Assembly: GCA_001662655.1 (NCBI GenBank)
Contig: KV460212.1
Direction: 5' to 3' (one strand)
Source: Pseudogymnoascus verrucosus
Lineage: Eukaryota
DNA length: 64,000 bases
Shown here piece after piece: positions 10,339 to 23,093 of the stretch; within the stretch, counting starts at the first letter, position 1; every line of letters starts with the position of its first letter. The notes beneath the pieces were generated by a model. The model searched no databases, was not told the DNA's origin, and saw only the letters and a list, made by a program, of their open reading frames with translations. A program made the position numbers and the translations under genes.

Positions 10339-13300
10339 AAACCCAAACCACCTCCATCTCCCCCCTCACAATAACATAGCCTATCAACCACCTATAACAC
10401 TAGCAATCCCAGGGCAGGCACTCACGAGCCAAGGTAGAATCAGACATCGTTAATTTTTCTTTTCATGTATGCTAGGAAAGGAAATCAGATCGCCGCGGAT
10501 ATCTATCACTTTATAAAGGCCTGGGATATTTAATCGAGAGTCGCTGCATACGTCGCGGATATGAGGGCATTCGCGAGTAGAGACACTTCGTTTCGTTACA
10601 CTACCTAATTACTTCTTTAATTGTTTGTGGACTTGCTGTCGTCGGGACTACGTGAAGAGAGCGATCCCCAAGCAACTGGATATATCGTATATCATATCCC
10701 CTCCCCTCCTCATCCCCATCATCTCCCTCCCTCCCCCTCACCCATCTCACCCCCTCCCTCCTCCATCCATCCCCATCCCATCAAAGAAAAAAACCCAGAT
10801 TCCCACATGATCCCCCCTCCTCCCCCATCTCATCCATCATCTCCAAACCCACAACCTCAAACCAAAAATACCCATCGTATACCGTACACCCCCCCCCCCG
10901 CAACCCCGGGAATCCTCGATCCCCCTAACCCCCGATCCAAGCTAAAAAAAAACCCCCCAGCTATCGAAAATTAGTACGCACACCATGGGTCATCCGCCGG
11001 CGTCAGTTTCCCCCGCAGCCGCGCGTGGTGGGGTGTGGTAGCTTGGCTGTTAGCGTTGGTGTGGTTAGTTCCCATACTTGACTACTGTATGGCGTGCCGC
11101 TAGTTTGGTTTGGTGGGTGAGAAGGGGGAGGGTATGAAAGAGGAGGGAGGGAGGAGGGAGGAGGGAAGATATGAGGAAGGTGTGTGAAGGCAGAGGCAGG
11201 CAGACATTCGATCGAGACATTTGATCTGTAGAGTTTCTTCGATCTCTCCTACCCATCCCCCACACACACCCCCACGACTCGCCCTACAAACCACAAAAGA
11301 GAGAAAGTAGAAGCCGATGAGACAACAGACGGGACGGGTGAGACATATCTCACCTACATGAACATGTCTCGTCTCACCCCGATCACTGGGGATGGTGGAA
11401 AATACGAAAGGACAGGCTTGGTATAGGGGATCGGCAAGGGATCTACGGGCGGGTGGTATGGCACGAGGTTGCGGGTGGGTTTTTTGGTGAGTCTGCGGAT
11501 GGGGGGAGGTGTGAGTCTTCGTGTGCTGCCTTGCCTGCCTTGGTATTGCATCGGTCGTAGGCAGCTCCTTTCTTTCTTGCTTTCTCCTCCCTTCGCGACG
11601 ATGACTGATTGATCGATTGCCTTGATTGATTGACTGACCGATTGATTGATAACCCATCCCCATCATTGGCCACCGTCGCGGCGCAGCATAAGCACTCTTT
11701 CGAGGCAGCAGCAGGAGCAAGCAGGGTAACTGAACTTAAGTTAACTTACCCTCCTGCAGCGCACCAGCCGGCAAACAGGCATCCGTCACCTTATCCGTCG
11801 CCCCATCAACGAACGACGACTCTTACTCACCCCCCCTCAAGCCGTAAGCTCAGCTCCCCTCAGCTCTCCCCTCGCTCCCTCGGTGCCGATGATGGGGGAG
11901 GGCTGGAGATGGTGGTTGGTGCTCGGTGAGTTGTGCATGAATGGTGCTACTGCGGGTTGTGGGTGGTAGGGGGGTGTGAGTGGGCGGGTTAGTGTTTGCT
12001 GATTGAGTGTGTATAAGTTGTATCGACGATGAGGATGCGTGTGGGTGTTTACTCGATAATGGGGATGGGGATGGGGATGTTGGCTGGTGGATGGTGGCTG
12101 ACTGAGGACGCCAGGCAACAACATGAGAGCGACTGGATGAGAATAAGAGGGCTGCATGGGGTGTGAGATCGGTACGTGGATAGTACTCGCCCAGTACGAG
12201 TGACTGTGTGTTTCAGAGGGGATGGCAGGTGGGTTGGGGGTGTGACGTGTGGGAGTGTGTGTGGAAGATGGCGAGGAAGAGAGGGTAGAGGTGTAGGTGG
12301 GAGAGAATGGGAGTGGATGGGAGTAGATGCGGGACGTTGAAAGGTTGCAGGGAAGTAGCGGAGGTGTAGTTGTGGAGTACCTATCTCCAAGGTCGACTAC
12401 TGTCTGTATATGCACACTACCTGGGCGTCGTTGATGACTCTTCTTTTTTTTCCTTTGGTGGTCGTTCCTTCCTTCCTTCGTTTCGTTCTTTGCGGTGATC
12501 CGTGCGCGAGGGCGGTGATAATGGATAATCTGCCTCAATATCGTCATCGTCGCTGCCACTGTGGGTGGATTCTTGAGCTAATATTCTTCCCACTAGCTAA
12601 TATTCGGTCTACTTTCATCTCTCGTCTCTCATATTAGTACTGGCGGCTTGGCTTGGCTGTCTTTCATACTGTGCATACTCTGTTCTGTCCATCTCATATA
12701 GCTCGTTATTGTTGGTACTATTACTGCTATTGCTATATTGGTACACAGCACAATCGACGATGACTCCTTCCCTTCCCCCACCATCGGGGATATTTTCAAT
12801 GTCGTGAATATCGTGAATATCCAACTTACCACCACCCCGCCGCCCCCCTTCACTCCCCCTCATCCCCCCTTCCCCGTCACCAATTCCCTTCCCTCCCCCT
12901 CCATCCCCTTCCTATTCTATCCTATCCCCCTTCTACCCTTCCTGTCCCATCCCACTCCCCTCCTCCCCCCCCTCTCCCACACCTACCCCTCCTTCCATGC
13001 ACGCACCATGGCTGCGGTTGCCTGGCCGTCGGCGTCATGATACATGATACCATACGCGCCACAATGCCATTCTGTATGTATGGGTACTGTATACAATACA
13101 CGCCACAATACCATCCGGTATGTATGAGTACTGTATCGATATCGATATACATGATATTCCAAAAGAGGACAGACAGAGCCAAGACACACACACCGGTCAT
13201 GGTGAAATTGATGGCATGACACCCTCTTCTCCCATTTTATCGCATTCACTCCCACTCCCACTCTCACTCCCACTTCCACTACCATCCACTCACACTCCCA

Positions 13301-14523
13301 CTCCCACTTCCCATCCTTACTCACCTCAATCCCCCCCATTCTTCCCAATCCATCACTCCCATTCCCTCATTCGACCCCTCCCCTTCCCTCTCCCTCTCCC
13401 CATTTCCATCTTTAAATATCCTTTTATTATATTAATACATACACCAATATTATTTATACATTTCCCACCACGTCCACCCCCCCCACAACCCCGCCGCCAC
13501 CCTCCCCCTCCCTCTTCCATTCGCCCACCCCCCTCCACACCGGCCAGCACAGCAACAGCCTTGTAACGAGACACAACGCGCCGCATCACAAAATAATAAG
13601 AGAAAAAAACTTCAGCACACAGCACAGCACACAACACAGGATGAGTCGCATCTCAGCACCACTGTAGCCATCCCATCTCGGCCCACACTCACGCGCCGCA
13701 GCAGCCTCTCGTCAATCAGAAACAAGCAATCCGCACGCACCCGCTGCCTGTGCACCATAGAAATCTCACGGTCTCACTGTCTCACTGTTTCACTGTCCCA
13801 CAGCGGGTCGGCACCTGGTGAGTCGTTGTCGGCTGTTGGGGATTAGGGCGTTTAGATGGGGGATACGTGGGCTGTAGGGCGATACAGAGATTATACAAAG
13901 AAAGATACAAAGCTCGCTCACTGCCTTTTTTCGAACGAACGAACTTTCTACAGTACTTACCTACTTACCTCTATCTTCGATCATCGCTGATTCTTCACGC
14001 ACTCACTCACACACTCGACTCGACTCGCATATATATATATATATTATTTTTTTGCTGTATACAATATACACGCAGACAGAAGCGCGCACTCATAGGAATG
14101 AATTACGCGGACACACACACACGCATTACGAACGCACGAATGTACGCACAAATGCACACACACACAAATATACACCTTACAATACAAACACACCCACACA
14201 CGAAATATACACGAAATACACACCCCCATCACGACCAAAACCTAGATACATACTCAGCCCAGCCTTGACGCGCAACCACCAACGCCTCACTATCTATGCG
14301 AATCCGCGACCGGTGTGAGTTGAGTCGAGTTAGTTGAGGGATAAACAGGCGTCAAAGGCGTCAAAAGTGACAAAGAGTGTGACAAGGAATACAACAAAAA
14401 ATACGCCGAATCTACAGTACAACATCCACACCAAGAAATTCGCTATCGATAAGGGAATAAGCTTCGATCATTCGATCACACCCGACGGCGGAAAAAGTTC
14501 CCTTGTCCCTCCCTCTTCAACCC

Positions 14524-14740
14524 ACCCCAGCAGAAAAGTGTCGAAGGTTGTTTTCTCTTCTCACTTTCTTTTTTCCCCCCAGCAACCGACCAAAGACCAC
14601 CATCAACCCTAGCAGGTTGCAACAATCACCCAGCAGAAAAGTCGAAGGTTGTTTTCCCTCTGCTTCTTTTCCCTGCACCAACCGACCAAAGGCCACCAAA
14701 AGACCACCATCAAACCCTAGCAGGTTGTCAACTATCACCC
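14524..14740. repeat. Imperfect ~105-bp tandem duplication in intergenic DNA
   Basis: cccagcagaaaag(tg)tcgaaggttgtttt...aaccgaccaaag...accaccatcaa(a)ccctagcaggttg(t)caac(a/t)atcaccc occurs twice head-to-tail. Confidence 0.85.
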
Positions 14741-15404
14741 TACACCACCCCTACCACCAGCCGCCATTACCCTGCCACCACCGGCCACTACCCTACCACC
14801 CTTACCACCACCGTCAATCACCCTACCCACCATCATCCATCATCCACCATCATCCACCATCCACCATCCATCATCATCCACACCCCCCCCAGTCCCTTCC
14901 CTACCACAAATCCACTCCACCACCCCACATTTATTCTTCGTCCCCCGTGCCTAAATATCCACCCACCTTACACCACCTATATCCACTCAAAAAGTCCCAA
15001 AATCTTTCCCAAAAAGTCCCGCGACCGCAGCCCAACCTACTTTTAGTACTATACCCACCACATACAAAGTACTCTCGAACTGCACTCGAACAACTCCGCC
15101 TACTCTACTCTGCACAGTCTACTCGGCCACAAACCACAAGCCAGTCTGCCTGCCTGCCTGTCTACCTTGCCAGCCTACCTGCCTAAAAACATTTCTCTCG
15201 GCCTTCTACCTTCTTTCTTCTCTTCTCTTCTTCCCCTTCGACATATCTTACAACATCTCACCAACTACCACGTCGACTACCCTCTCGCGTTATCACAAAG
15301 GCGAACATATCATTATCAATACATACATCACAACCCAATACCATTGCGCACGCCGACTACAATAACCACCGTTCCCGCGAAGGCGTCGCCCGCTTGTCAG
15401 AACG

Positions 15405-17357
15405 ATGGGGTCCGATAAGGCCCGCCCCGCTTACGTCGAGGACGTCTTGGGAGACGAAGACAGCGACAACAATCGCACCATACGCAACACCCGAGTGTCC
15501 GCCCGCGCATCGAAGAAGGAAAAGAAACAGAGGAACGAGAAGCGCGTCGCCCAGGAGAAGAAGAAGTCACAATCCGATGATGGATACTCGTCGCTCCCTG
15601 TCTTGACGAGGGCAGATGAGAGGGCGACTGTGAAAGAAATTCGAGTCATACCCGACCGCGAGCCCCGAGAGGGACGGCGGAAATCGTTAAACATCAACCC
15701 GGGGAAGAGCCCGCGCAAGTCGTCACGGCCTCCCACACAGCGAAGCGTCACTTTCGATCACAGCGACCTACCGAGCCGCCCGAAGGATCGGGACGACCCG
15801 AGATACTTCGGCCAGACGAGGGGCGGTCATCCTTTCGTCATCCAGGCACAATCCACGCCTCGGGCCGCCCCATCATCCGCGGCATCCTCACAGTCGCGAC
15901 AGTCGCGACCGATGAGCATAAGTAGCAACAACATCAGCCGACCGCCGCTCTCCGGCTCGGCACATTTCTACGCACCCTCACCCCTCTACACCGCGCCAAT
16001 CATGATCCAACCGCAATACCAGAACCCGATGCAGATGGCGTACTCGCCGAGCCAACCCGGGTCGCCGAGCCGCAAGACACTAGAGGACCGATTCGCGCGG
16101 ACTGGTGCGTCGACGATTGTCAGGCCGTCGTCGGTTTCGGGATATAGGCCGTCTGATCTCCAGCTGGTGCAAAAAGGGGTCTACGACGATGACGACGAAG
16201 AGGACGACGACGACGACGACGACTATGACTCTGAGGAAGAAGAACGGAACCAAGCAGCGATTATGCAAGAAGCGGCGAGAGTGAGAGAGGTGAGGCGGCG
16301 AGCCAAGGAACAGCAGGACGCCCTAGACATGCCCCCGCCACAGCCGATGCAACGGCGAAGGAGCGTGCGTCAGCCCTCCGAGCAGTCTATCTTCCTCCAG
16401 GACAACCTGGATGACGAGCTTCAGCCCCGTCGATCGCGAGACGAACCCCGCGAGACCCGCCGGTCGCGCGACTACGACCATCGCCCTTCTGGGGACTACG
16501 ATCGACGTCCCTCTGGAGACTACGACCGCCGTCCCTCCGGAGACTATGAGCGTCCCAGCCCGCGCCGCCCCAGCCCTCACCGCCGCCTGTCGCACGCCTA
16601 CGAATTCAACGAGCGCGAGCGTCCCGCTCAACCCAAGATCACCTACCGCGGCGATGCTGCCCCACCCTCGCGCGCACGCCGCCAAAGCCTTCCCCGCGCC
16701 CCGGAGTCAAATGAATCACTCTCTTTCGCCTACGACCGCGACGACGCCAATATCCGCATCGAAGGCGCGACGGGGCGCCGCGCGAGCTACTACGGCCCCC
16801 TCTCCAATTCATCAAGCAACTACGAGGACAAGATCCGCGACGCCGCGGGGTACCAAGCCGACGTCTCGGGCGGCGAGCCGATCAAGCTCACCGCCGACCT
16901 GCTCCGCAAGCAGCAAAACACCATCGGCAGCAGCCGCAGCACGCACAGCAGCAACAGCCGCGACGAGAGCGACTTCAAACGCTCCGTCACGACGCGCACG
17001 ACCCGCTCGGTCAGCGGCAACGACGCCGGCACGGGCGGCGACGACGTCACGATCCGCATCAAGGGCAACGCGAAGGTGACGATCGGGGCGGCGGAGATCA
17101 CGAACGCGGACGGCGTGGAGCTGAATATCGTGAATAACCGCCGCCAGAGCATACGTAATGGCAGCGAGGCGTCGAGGTCGGAATATGCACCGTCGCAGTC
17201 GGGGCAGTCGCAGCCTCCCTTGTCGGAGTATGCGCCGACGGCGACGGATGAGAGGGAGAGGGAGAGGGAGAGGAAGGGGCGGAGGGAGATTTTGGGGGCG
17301 CCGATGGGGAGGGAGAGGACGGGGTCGGTGGCGGGGAGGAGGAGGGGGTTTTTCTGA
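15405..17357 (+). CDS. Hypothetical low-complexity (Arg/Ser/Pro/Asp-rich) protein, 650 aa
   Basis: Long ATG-initiated ORF with coding-like codon bias, an acidic run and internal repeats. No domain recognised. Confidence 0.8.
   Translation: MGSDKARPAYVEDVLGDEDSDNNRTIRNTRVSARASKKEKKQRNEKRVAQEKKKSQSDDGYSSLPVLTRADERATVKEIRVIPDREPREGRRKSLNINPGKSPRKSSRPPTQRSVTFDHSDLPSRPKDRDDPRYFGQTRGGHPFVIQAQSTPRAAPSSAASSQSRQSRPMSISSNNISRPPLSGSAHFYAPSPLYTAPIMIQPQYQNPMQMAYSPSQPGSPSRKTLEDRFARTGASTIVRPSSVSGYRPSDLQLVQKGVYDDDDEEDDDDDDDYDSEEEERNQAAIMQEAARVREVRRRAKEQQDALDMPPPQPMQRRRSVRQPSEQSIFLQDNLDDELQPRRSRDEPRETRRSRDYDHRPSGDYDRRPSGDYDRRPSGDYERPSPRRPSPHRRLSHAYEFNERERPAQPKITYRGDAAPPSRARRQSLPRAPESNESLSFAYDRDDANIRIEGATGRRASYYGPLSNSSSNYEDKIRDAAGYQADVSGGEPIKLTADLLRKQQNTIGSSRSTHSSNSRDESDFKRSVTTRTTRSVSGNDAGTGGDDVTIRIKGNAKVTIGAAEITNADGVELNIVNNRRQSIRNGSEASRSEYAPSQSGQSQPPLSEYAPTATDERERERERKGRREILGAPMGRERTGSVAGRRRGFF
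16470..16560 (+). repeat. 24-bp coding tandem repeat (DYD[H/R]RPSG x3 plus a partial copy)
   Basis: gactacgaccatcgcccttctggg / gactacgatcgacgtccctctgga / gactacgaccgccgtccctccgga / gactatgagcgtccc. Confidence 0.85.
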
Positions 17358-19516
17358 GGGGTTTGAACCTCGTTTGAACCTCGGTATTTTGTGATTGGTC
17401 TTTTTTTGTGTTTTGAGCGAATCGAGCGTTGCGTCTGTTTTTTTTGGGGGGTGGGGGGTTGGGTCATTGCGAGTAGCTAGCCTGCGTTGCTATATTTCTC
17501 TTCTTCGACTTCTTCTTCTTCTTCTTATTCTTCGTTTCTTCTGGGCGGGATCCCGTTTTCATATGTTGGCCTTGGGATGGGATGGGAGGCCTTTCTTGGA
17601 TACGTTTTTCTCACTTTACTTTTCCGACGACGACTTTCTTGTACGAGTTTTCTTGTCACGACGGTTTTTTTACGCGGCGGATGGATGGATGGGCATCTCG
17701 ACTCGATGATGAGGATGATGCCGATGCTGATGATGATTGATGGCATGGGATGGTATGGGATTGGATGGATGGATGTTTGTATGGCCACTTTGATTGATGA
17801 TGATGCAGGATACCCCGATTTTTTTAATGTGTTTTTTTTTTCAAATTCTTATATCATGTCTGAGGAGGTTTTTCAAAAGGGGAGAAAGGCCGAGAGGGAA
17901 GAGGTGGGACATGTAATGCTATGCATATAAAAGCGATATCCCCATTTTGCTTTTTTTTACTTGCATTGGCGTCTAAAGAAACACACTTGTATCTCTCTTA
18001 TTGTCTGGGCGGGATATTTCTGTTTTTACTTTGGGCTTGGGACAAAAATCTGGGTTATGGGATTGGGACAGGGAATGGGTATGGGATATGGAAATGGGAA
18101 TAGCCTAGAGAAACTTGGTGGGAGGGTTATTGTTGTTTCGTCCTCGGGGGACTTGTTTGTACGGAAAGAATATTTCGGGGCTCGGAAGGCGGGTTTTCTG
18201 TACAGATAGGTTTTGGGATGAGATAGGATGGGATGGGGATCATCGTGTCTCTGGGGGGGGGGACGGAGGGAGGATATCTGTCTTTGGCCATATCGATACA
18301 TCTGATCGCTAGGATTTGGATGGAGGAGGAGGGGGTAGGATAGATAGCCTTTCAAATCGAGAAAAGCAGTTTTTTTTCTTGTGATGAGATATCGGGTTTT
18401 ACTTCTCGTGACGCATATTAGTGATAATGGTGATAAAGTAGTAGTTGTCTTCGTGATGATCCGTTTTCACTTTCTCGGCGAATCATTGGGGGGGATTGAG
18501 GCATTTGCCTTGTGTGATTACATCCTCACAACAACCTCCCTCTACCCCACCCCTCTTGGGCGCCAAATTCACGAATTGAAAATAAAGCGGGGGAATAGTA
18601 AAAACGTGTCTCTCTCTCAGTTGAGTTGAGTTGATTTCAAATCGGTGAGTCGGTGAGTTAAAACACCACAAGTTAAGACACCGCGTTTAAATTCAAGGAA
18701 AGTATATACCTCTAAAATGTGATAATCTAACTTTCCCTTTTCCCTTAACCAACCAATCTCCCCTCTTCATGCCCAACGCCCGAAAATGAGAGTTTTCTTT
18801 AGCAAGGTGCGTGGAAGTGGAGAAACGGGCCGCGGGACTGATGTCACTTTTTCTCTTTCTTGGCTTGAGTTGAGGACAAGGGTCAGGTCGGGTCGGCGGG
18901 ATCCACTTGTTGCTGGGCAGTAGCGGAACGGGAGGAGATGCGAGTGATGGATGGCCGATGATGGAAGTTTTGATGGGGGATGGGGAATTGGTAGGGGAGG
19001 GGAGGGAAGGGGAGTGGTGGTGGGTGGTGATTGTCTGGTTGTCCGGTCAGCGGGGGAGGAAGGGTTTGTTTACGGGTGGACTGTGCGGGTTACCCTACCG
19101 ACTCGACTCGGGAGGTTGGTTGACGAGAGGGTTTTGTGTCTAGCTGCGTAATTTGGTTTTGTTACTACGAGAACAATAAAGCACACGGAGAGTCACATCC
19201 TTCTGATTACTTGTGGGATTGTTGGTATTATACAACACACCCTTACTATCCTTGAACTTCTTAAAGCGAGGAGTTGAGAATTGGTACGACGATTATACTG
19301 AGAGAGAACGATTGAGACAACGTACAGAGAGAGGACAAGAGACAGGAATACAGTGGCTACGGCTGAAAGCCTACGTCGAAGGGTTTGAGTGAGCTGTCGA
19401 CTTACCTCTACCGAGAGACGGCGATAATACTACTGTCGGAGAGTCGAAACCTACACAATCACGATCACCTCTACGCTTCACGGAACAATAAACTTCACAA
19501 CTCAACCACCTTCATC

Positions 19517-20791
19517 ATGGCACCCATCCCCGACTCCCTCTCAGCCATCCACACCCTCTTCACCACCCTCACCCGCCGCACCACCGCCACCTTCACCACC
19601 ACCCCCTCCCTCCACGCCCGCTCCGACACCACCACCACCACCCTCCACGCCCGCGACGAAGCCTTCCCCCACGGCTCCGGCACCATCCAACCCACCTCCG
19701 TCCCCACCTCCGCCATCTTCGCCCTCATCGGCATAATCTGCGCCGGCTTCGTCATAACCGGGATCTGGTTCTTCTTCATCGCCAAAAACGGGGGCTTCCA
19801 CTTCCGGCAGGGCGACTGGGAGGATTACAAATCCACTGTTTTGAGGAGGAAGGGGCCTAATGGGACGACATTGAGTGGTGCTACGCGCACTACGGATTTG
19901 GGCGGCGGGAGCGTGGTGGGGAAACGGTATAGGGATAGCGAGAGTAGCGTCTTGAGTAGTGCGTATACTGAGCAGACTGAGAGTCTTGTCGGGACAGAGA
20001 CGGTGGTTAGTGAGATGACATCCATCACCCGCGGCGTCAGCGGGCGTTTCCAGAAAGAGAAGACGGAGCGCTCGGCCGCGGCGTCGGCGGCGAAGAAGGA
20101 GCGCAAACGATTCCGCGAGAAGGGGGATAAGCGCGAGAAATCCCGTCTCAGAGACGCGGAATCGGTGGGCGGTGATGAACTCGAAGGCGATGACCTGGGC
20201 GACGCGGCGATAAGATCATACCGCCATGAGAAGCCCGCGAGGGTGGGGGGGATGAACCGCGCGGCTGATGGATCGGCGTTTGAGTCTTCGGTTGGGGGGA
20301 GCGAGGAGAGCGCTACGGGGTTGTTGGCGGGGAGGGAGGCGACGCCGACGAATTCCCCGCAGAAGGTTAGGAGGGTTAGGGAGCGCGGGGGGGAGGGGTA
20401 TGCGGTGGGGAGTCCGAGCGCGAGTCCGACGAAGGAGAGGGCGGGGATTAGGAAGGTTGAGACGGTGAGAGAGGCGGATAGGATTAAGGCTGAGGCGAGG
20501 AGGTTGAGGGAGAAGGGGAGGAGTGCTGCGGGGAGGAGTGGTGGGGGGAGGAGGGACTTTAGTTATACGCCTGGTGATGATTTGGGGAGCTCGGTGGGGG
20601 GGAGCACGGTTAGTGGCGCGAGTGGAAGTGGGAGTGGGATGCCGGGCGGGTATGTGGATAGTGAGGTTAGTGGGGATACGGGGACGAAGAGCTATAGGCA
20701 TGTTATCCCTGGGTTGAGCGGGACGGCGGCGGCGCCGGGGAAGTCGGAGAGTTATGCGGAGGAGAGGAGGAGGAGGAGGGCGGAGCGGTGA
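19517..20791 (+). CDS. Conserved fungal single-pass membrane protein (often labelled 'endosomal SPRY domain protein'; no SPRY domain evident)
   Basis: ATG at 19517 (MAPIPDS). TM segment IFALIGIICAGFVITGIWFFFI is followed by AKNGGFHFRQGDWEDYKSTVLRRKGPNGTTLSGA and YRHEKPARVGG. Confidence 0.8.
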   Translation: MAPIPDSLSAIHTLFTTLTRRTTATFTTTPSLHARSDTTTTTLHARDEAFPHGSGTIQPTSVPTSAIFALIGIICAGFVITGIWFFFIAKNGGFHFRQGDWEDYKSTVLRRKGPNGTTLSGATRTTDLGGGSVVGKRYRDSESSVLSSAYTEQTESLVGTETVVSEMTSITRGVSGRFQKEKTERSAAASAAKKERKRFREKGDKREKSRLRDAESVGGDELEGDDLGDAAIRSYRHEKPARVGGMNRAADGSAFESSVGGSEESATGLLAGREATPTNSPQKVRRVRERGGEGYAVGSPSASPTKERAGIRKVETVREADRIKAEARRLREKGRSAAGRSGGGRRDFSYTPGDDLGSSVGGSTVSGASGSGSGMPGGYVDSEVSGDTGTKSYRHVIPGLSGTAAAPGKSESYAEERRRRRAER

Positions 20792-23093
20792 AGGGGGGGG
20801 AGTGATGTGGTGAGCGGTGAGTGGGAGGGGAGGGGGTACGATGGGATGGATTTGCGAGGGGGGTTTGCATTTTACGATTATGGAAGGGAATGCGCGGATG
20901 GGGGTGCGATATGATTGCTTGTTTGCGATTTCTTGTTTTCCGTATCGGAGTATAGGGATGGTGGATGGGTTTGTCGGAGGTGCGGATAAGGAATGAGTTA
21001 GGTCGAGTTGTGTTGGTGGCTGCGTGTGATAAACGAGAATGGAATGGGATGGGATGAAATGGCGCCATGCTATATCATGTTTTGTTACTGTAGATAGATA
21101 GATAGGTCCTAATCGAGGCAAAGATGACGCAGGTATGTCTCGGATTCGTGATACGAGATTGGGCGAGGTCGTGATGTGTTGGAAAGAGGTCATGGACTTG
21201 TTTTCGAGGAATGTAAGCTAGACTAGGAGTAGGGACGTTAGAGCTAAAATGGGGGTAGTGCTGTATATATTGGTATGCATGTGCGGCGAGGCCAAGGAGG
21301 GGAGGTTTATCAGCCACCCCCCCCAGCTTTCTTACGAGATGCTCGGATCACAGTCATGATTTAGTTTATGTCCGCTCAGGCGATGCGATGCTTGGATCAG
21401 TCAGTCTCTCGTCGGCAAGCGCGGAAGTAGAAATGTATTCATAAACCGATATATCGCGATGGCTGCCCCCCTTCGCAAGTTCATACTCAGCAAAATCGCC
21501 AGCCAGCCAAGCCATTCTCAATCACCACCACCACCAACCACCACGCACAACCACGCACAACCAGGATCCCATCCCCCTTCCCCACCACCTCCTTTCTAGT
21601 CCGCCGACTGGTTCGTCACTCGCCCGCCCTCACCCGCTCCATCCAAACCCCAAACCCCAACCCACACCACCCTTAGCGGCACGCCTAAGTTTATTTTCAG
21701 ACCCCGCCGACCCTGTTTTGCGTCCCGCCGGGCGGTGAGCTGACTACCTGTGGCGGCTGAGCTGAGCGTCACGAGGCTGCGAGGCGGGCGTGGTGGATGC
21801 ATACATCGGGTTGGCCGCGTTGCGTGGAAATGAGGGCGGCGCGGGGTGCGATGGGGTGAGATGAGATGGGGTGAGATGGGGTGGGCGAGTATGGTGGTGG
21901 TGGTGGTGGAGGTGATAGTGGTGATTAGCGATACCGAGATGGGGAGGACGTGCAGGTGGGCGTTCAGCCATGGGGTGGGGGATGGGAGGGCTTACCATCA
22001 TCGTGCATGATCCCTAGGGGTGGGGATCGGCAGTGCGCCGGGTGCGAGCAGCATGCATTAATGCGGATCGTAGGGCCCAACCGTCAAAGTATCGATGATT
22101 TCGACCCCATCTGTCAAACTCCTCGTTCGGGAAACTGCCTCGTTCGCTGAATTAGCCCACGAGAGTCCGGCGTGACGACTATTTTTTTCTCTTTCTCTCT
22201 CTGCCTAGAGCACCGCCCAGGCAGCGGGGACGGGAAGGTACGAGAAACCGAGCGGGAAACGTCACACCGGCACGCGGCTCCAACCCTCCCTTCCCCCCCC
22301 CACGCTTCCCGTCCCCAGTCATCTGCCCCCCAGGCCTCCCATGCCCCGCCCCGCACCACACCCTCCCGCTCGTGGCCATGTCTCACCGCGGCGCCCTGCC
22401 TCGACTAGTTCCGGCGAACGACTCAGCGCTGCTGCTCCTTACTGCGCGATGATGCTCGATACCGGCTCGCGCGGTGGTAGTTGGGTGGCCGGTGTGCTTG
22501 AGTGTGTGCATCCCCAGGAGGCGCGAGGCCAATAGGGATGCGTGGTTCGCTGCTGGGAGGGGATGGTTCGTCCTAGATGAGTCGAGTGCCGGCCGGCTGG
22601 TGATGGGGGACGAGGCAGCGGGGCGGAGGCGGAGGGGGGAGTGGGTGGGTGGACGCGAGGGCGCTGGGTCATACTACCCCCTGCGCTGCGCTGCGGCTGC
22701 GAGAGGGATATCTGGCTACAGCTAGTAGCATGTGGATGAGAGACAGGCGGATGCAGGTGGAGAGGGAGGTATAAGTAGGTTGGCTTTCCTGTGCCTTTGT
22801 TTGTGTTTCCTTCGGTTTTTATTTCCCGTCTCGATTCCGATTTGCTAGGACCTTTTGGAACGACCGTTTTTTTGTGATACATAAGAGTTTTTGAGCTAGT
22901 TGGTTACCTGCGCTGTGCTACGCGGACTGACTCAGGGTATTTCTGGGGTCTGTTCTCATATATTTTCTGTCGCTACAAGCACTGAATAAAGTCGTCGACG
23001 CATTGTCACTCGACGCAGCCGGCCGTGGCCGGTGAATCTTGCTCGTTGAGCACATATACACACACTTCTCACCTCATACAAACCTACCACACC

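Noticed and set aside
10921..10932. CCCTAACCC as a telomerase RNA template, and GGGTTAGGG at about 20373
   Set aside because: Single short matches in C/G-rich or coding sequence; no pseudoknot or CR4/5 element recognised.
11100..15186. Numerous Pro/His-rich or Gly-rich ORFs of 60-240 aa
   Set aside because: Products of low-complexity C/G tracts; no domain similarity or consistent codon signal.
11091..21685. Shared 12-mer TAGCGGCACGCC in two gene-free regions (minus strand at about 11091, plus strand at about 21673)
   Set aside because: Many 12-mer matches are expected by chance in 64 kb.
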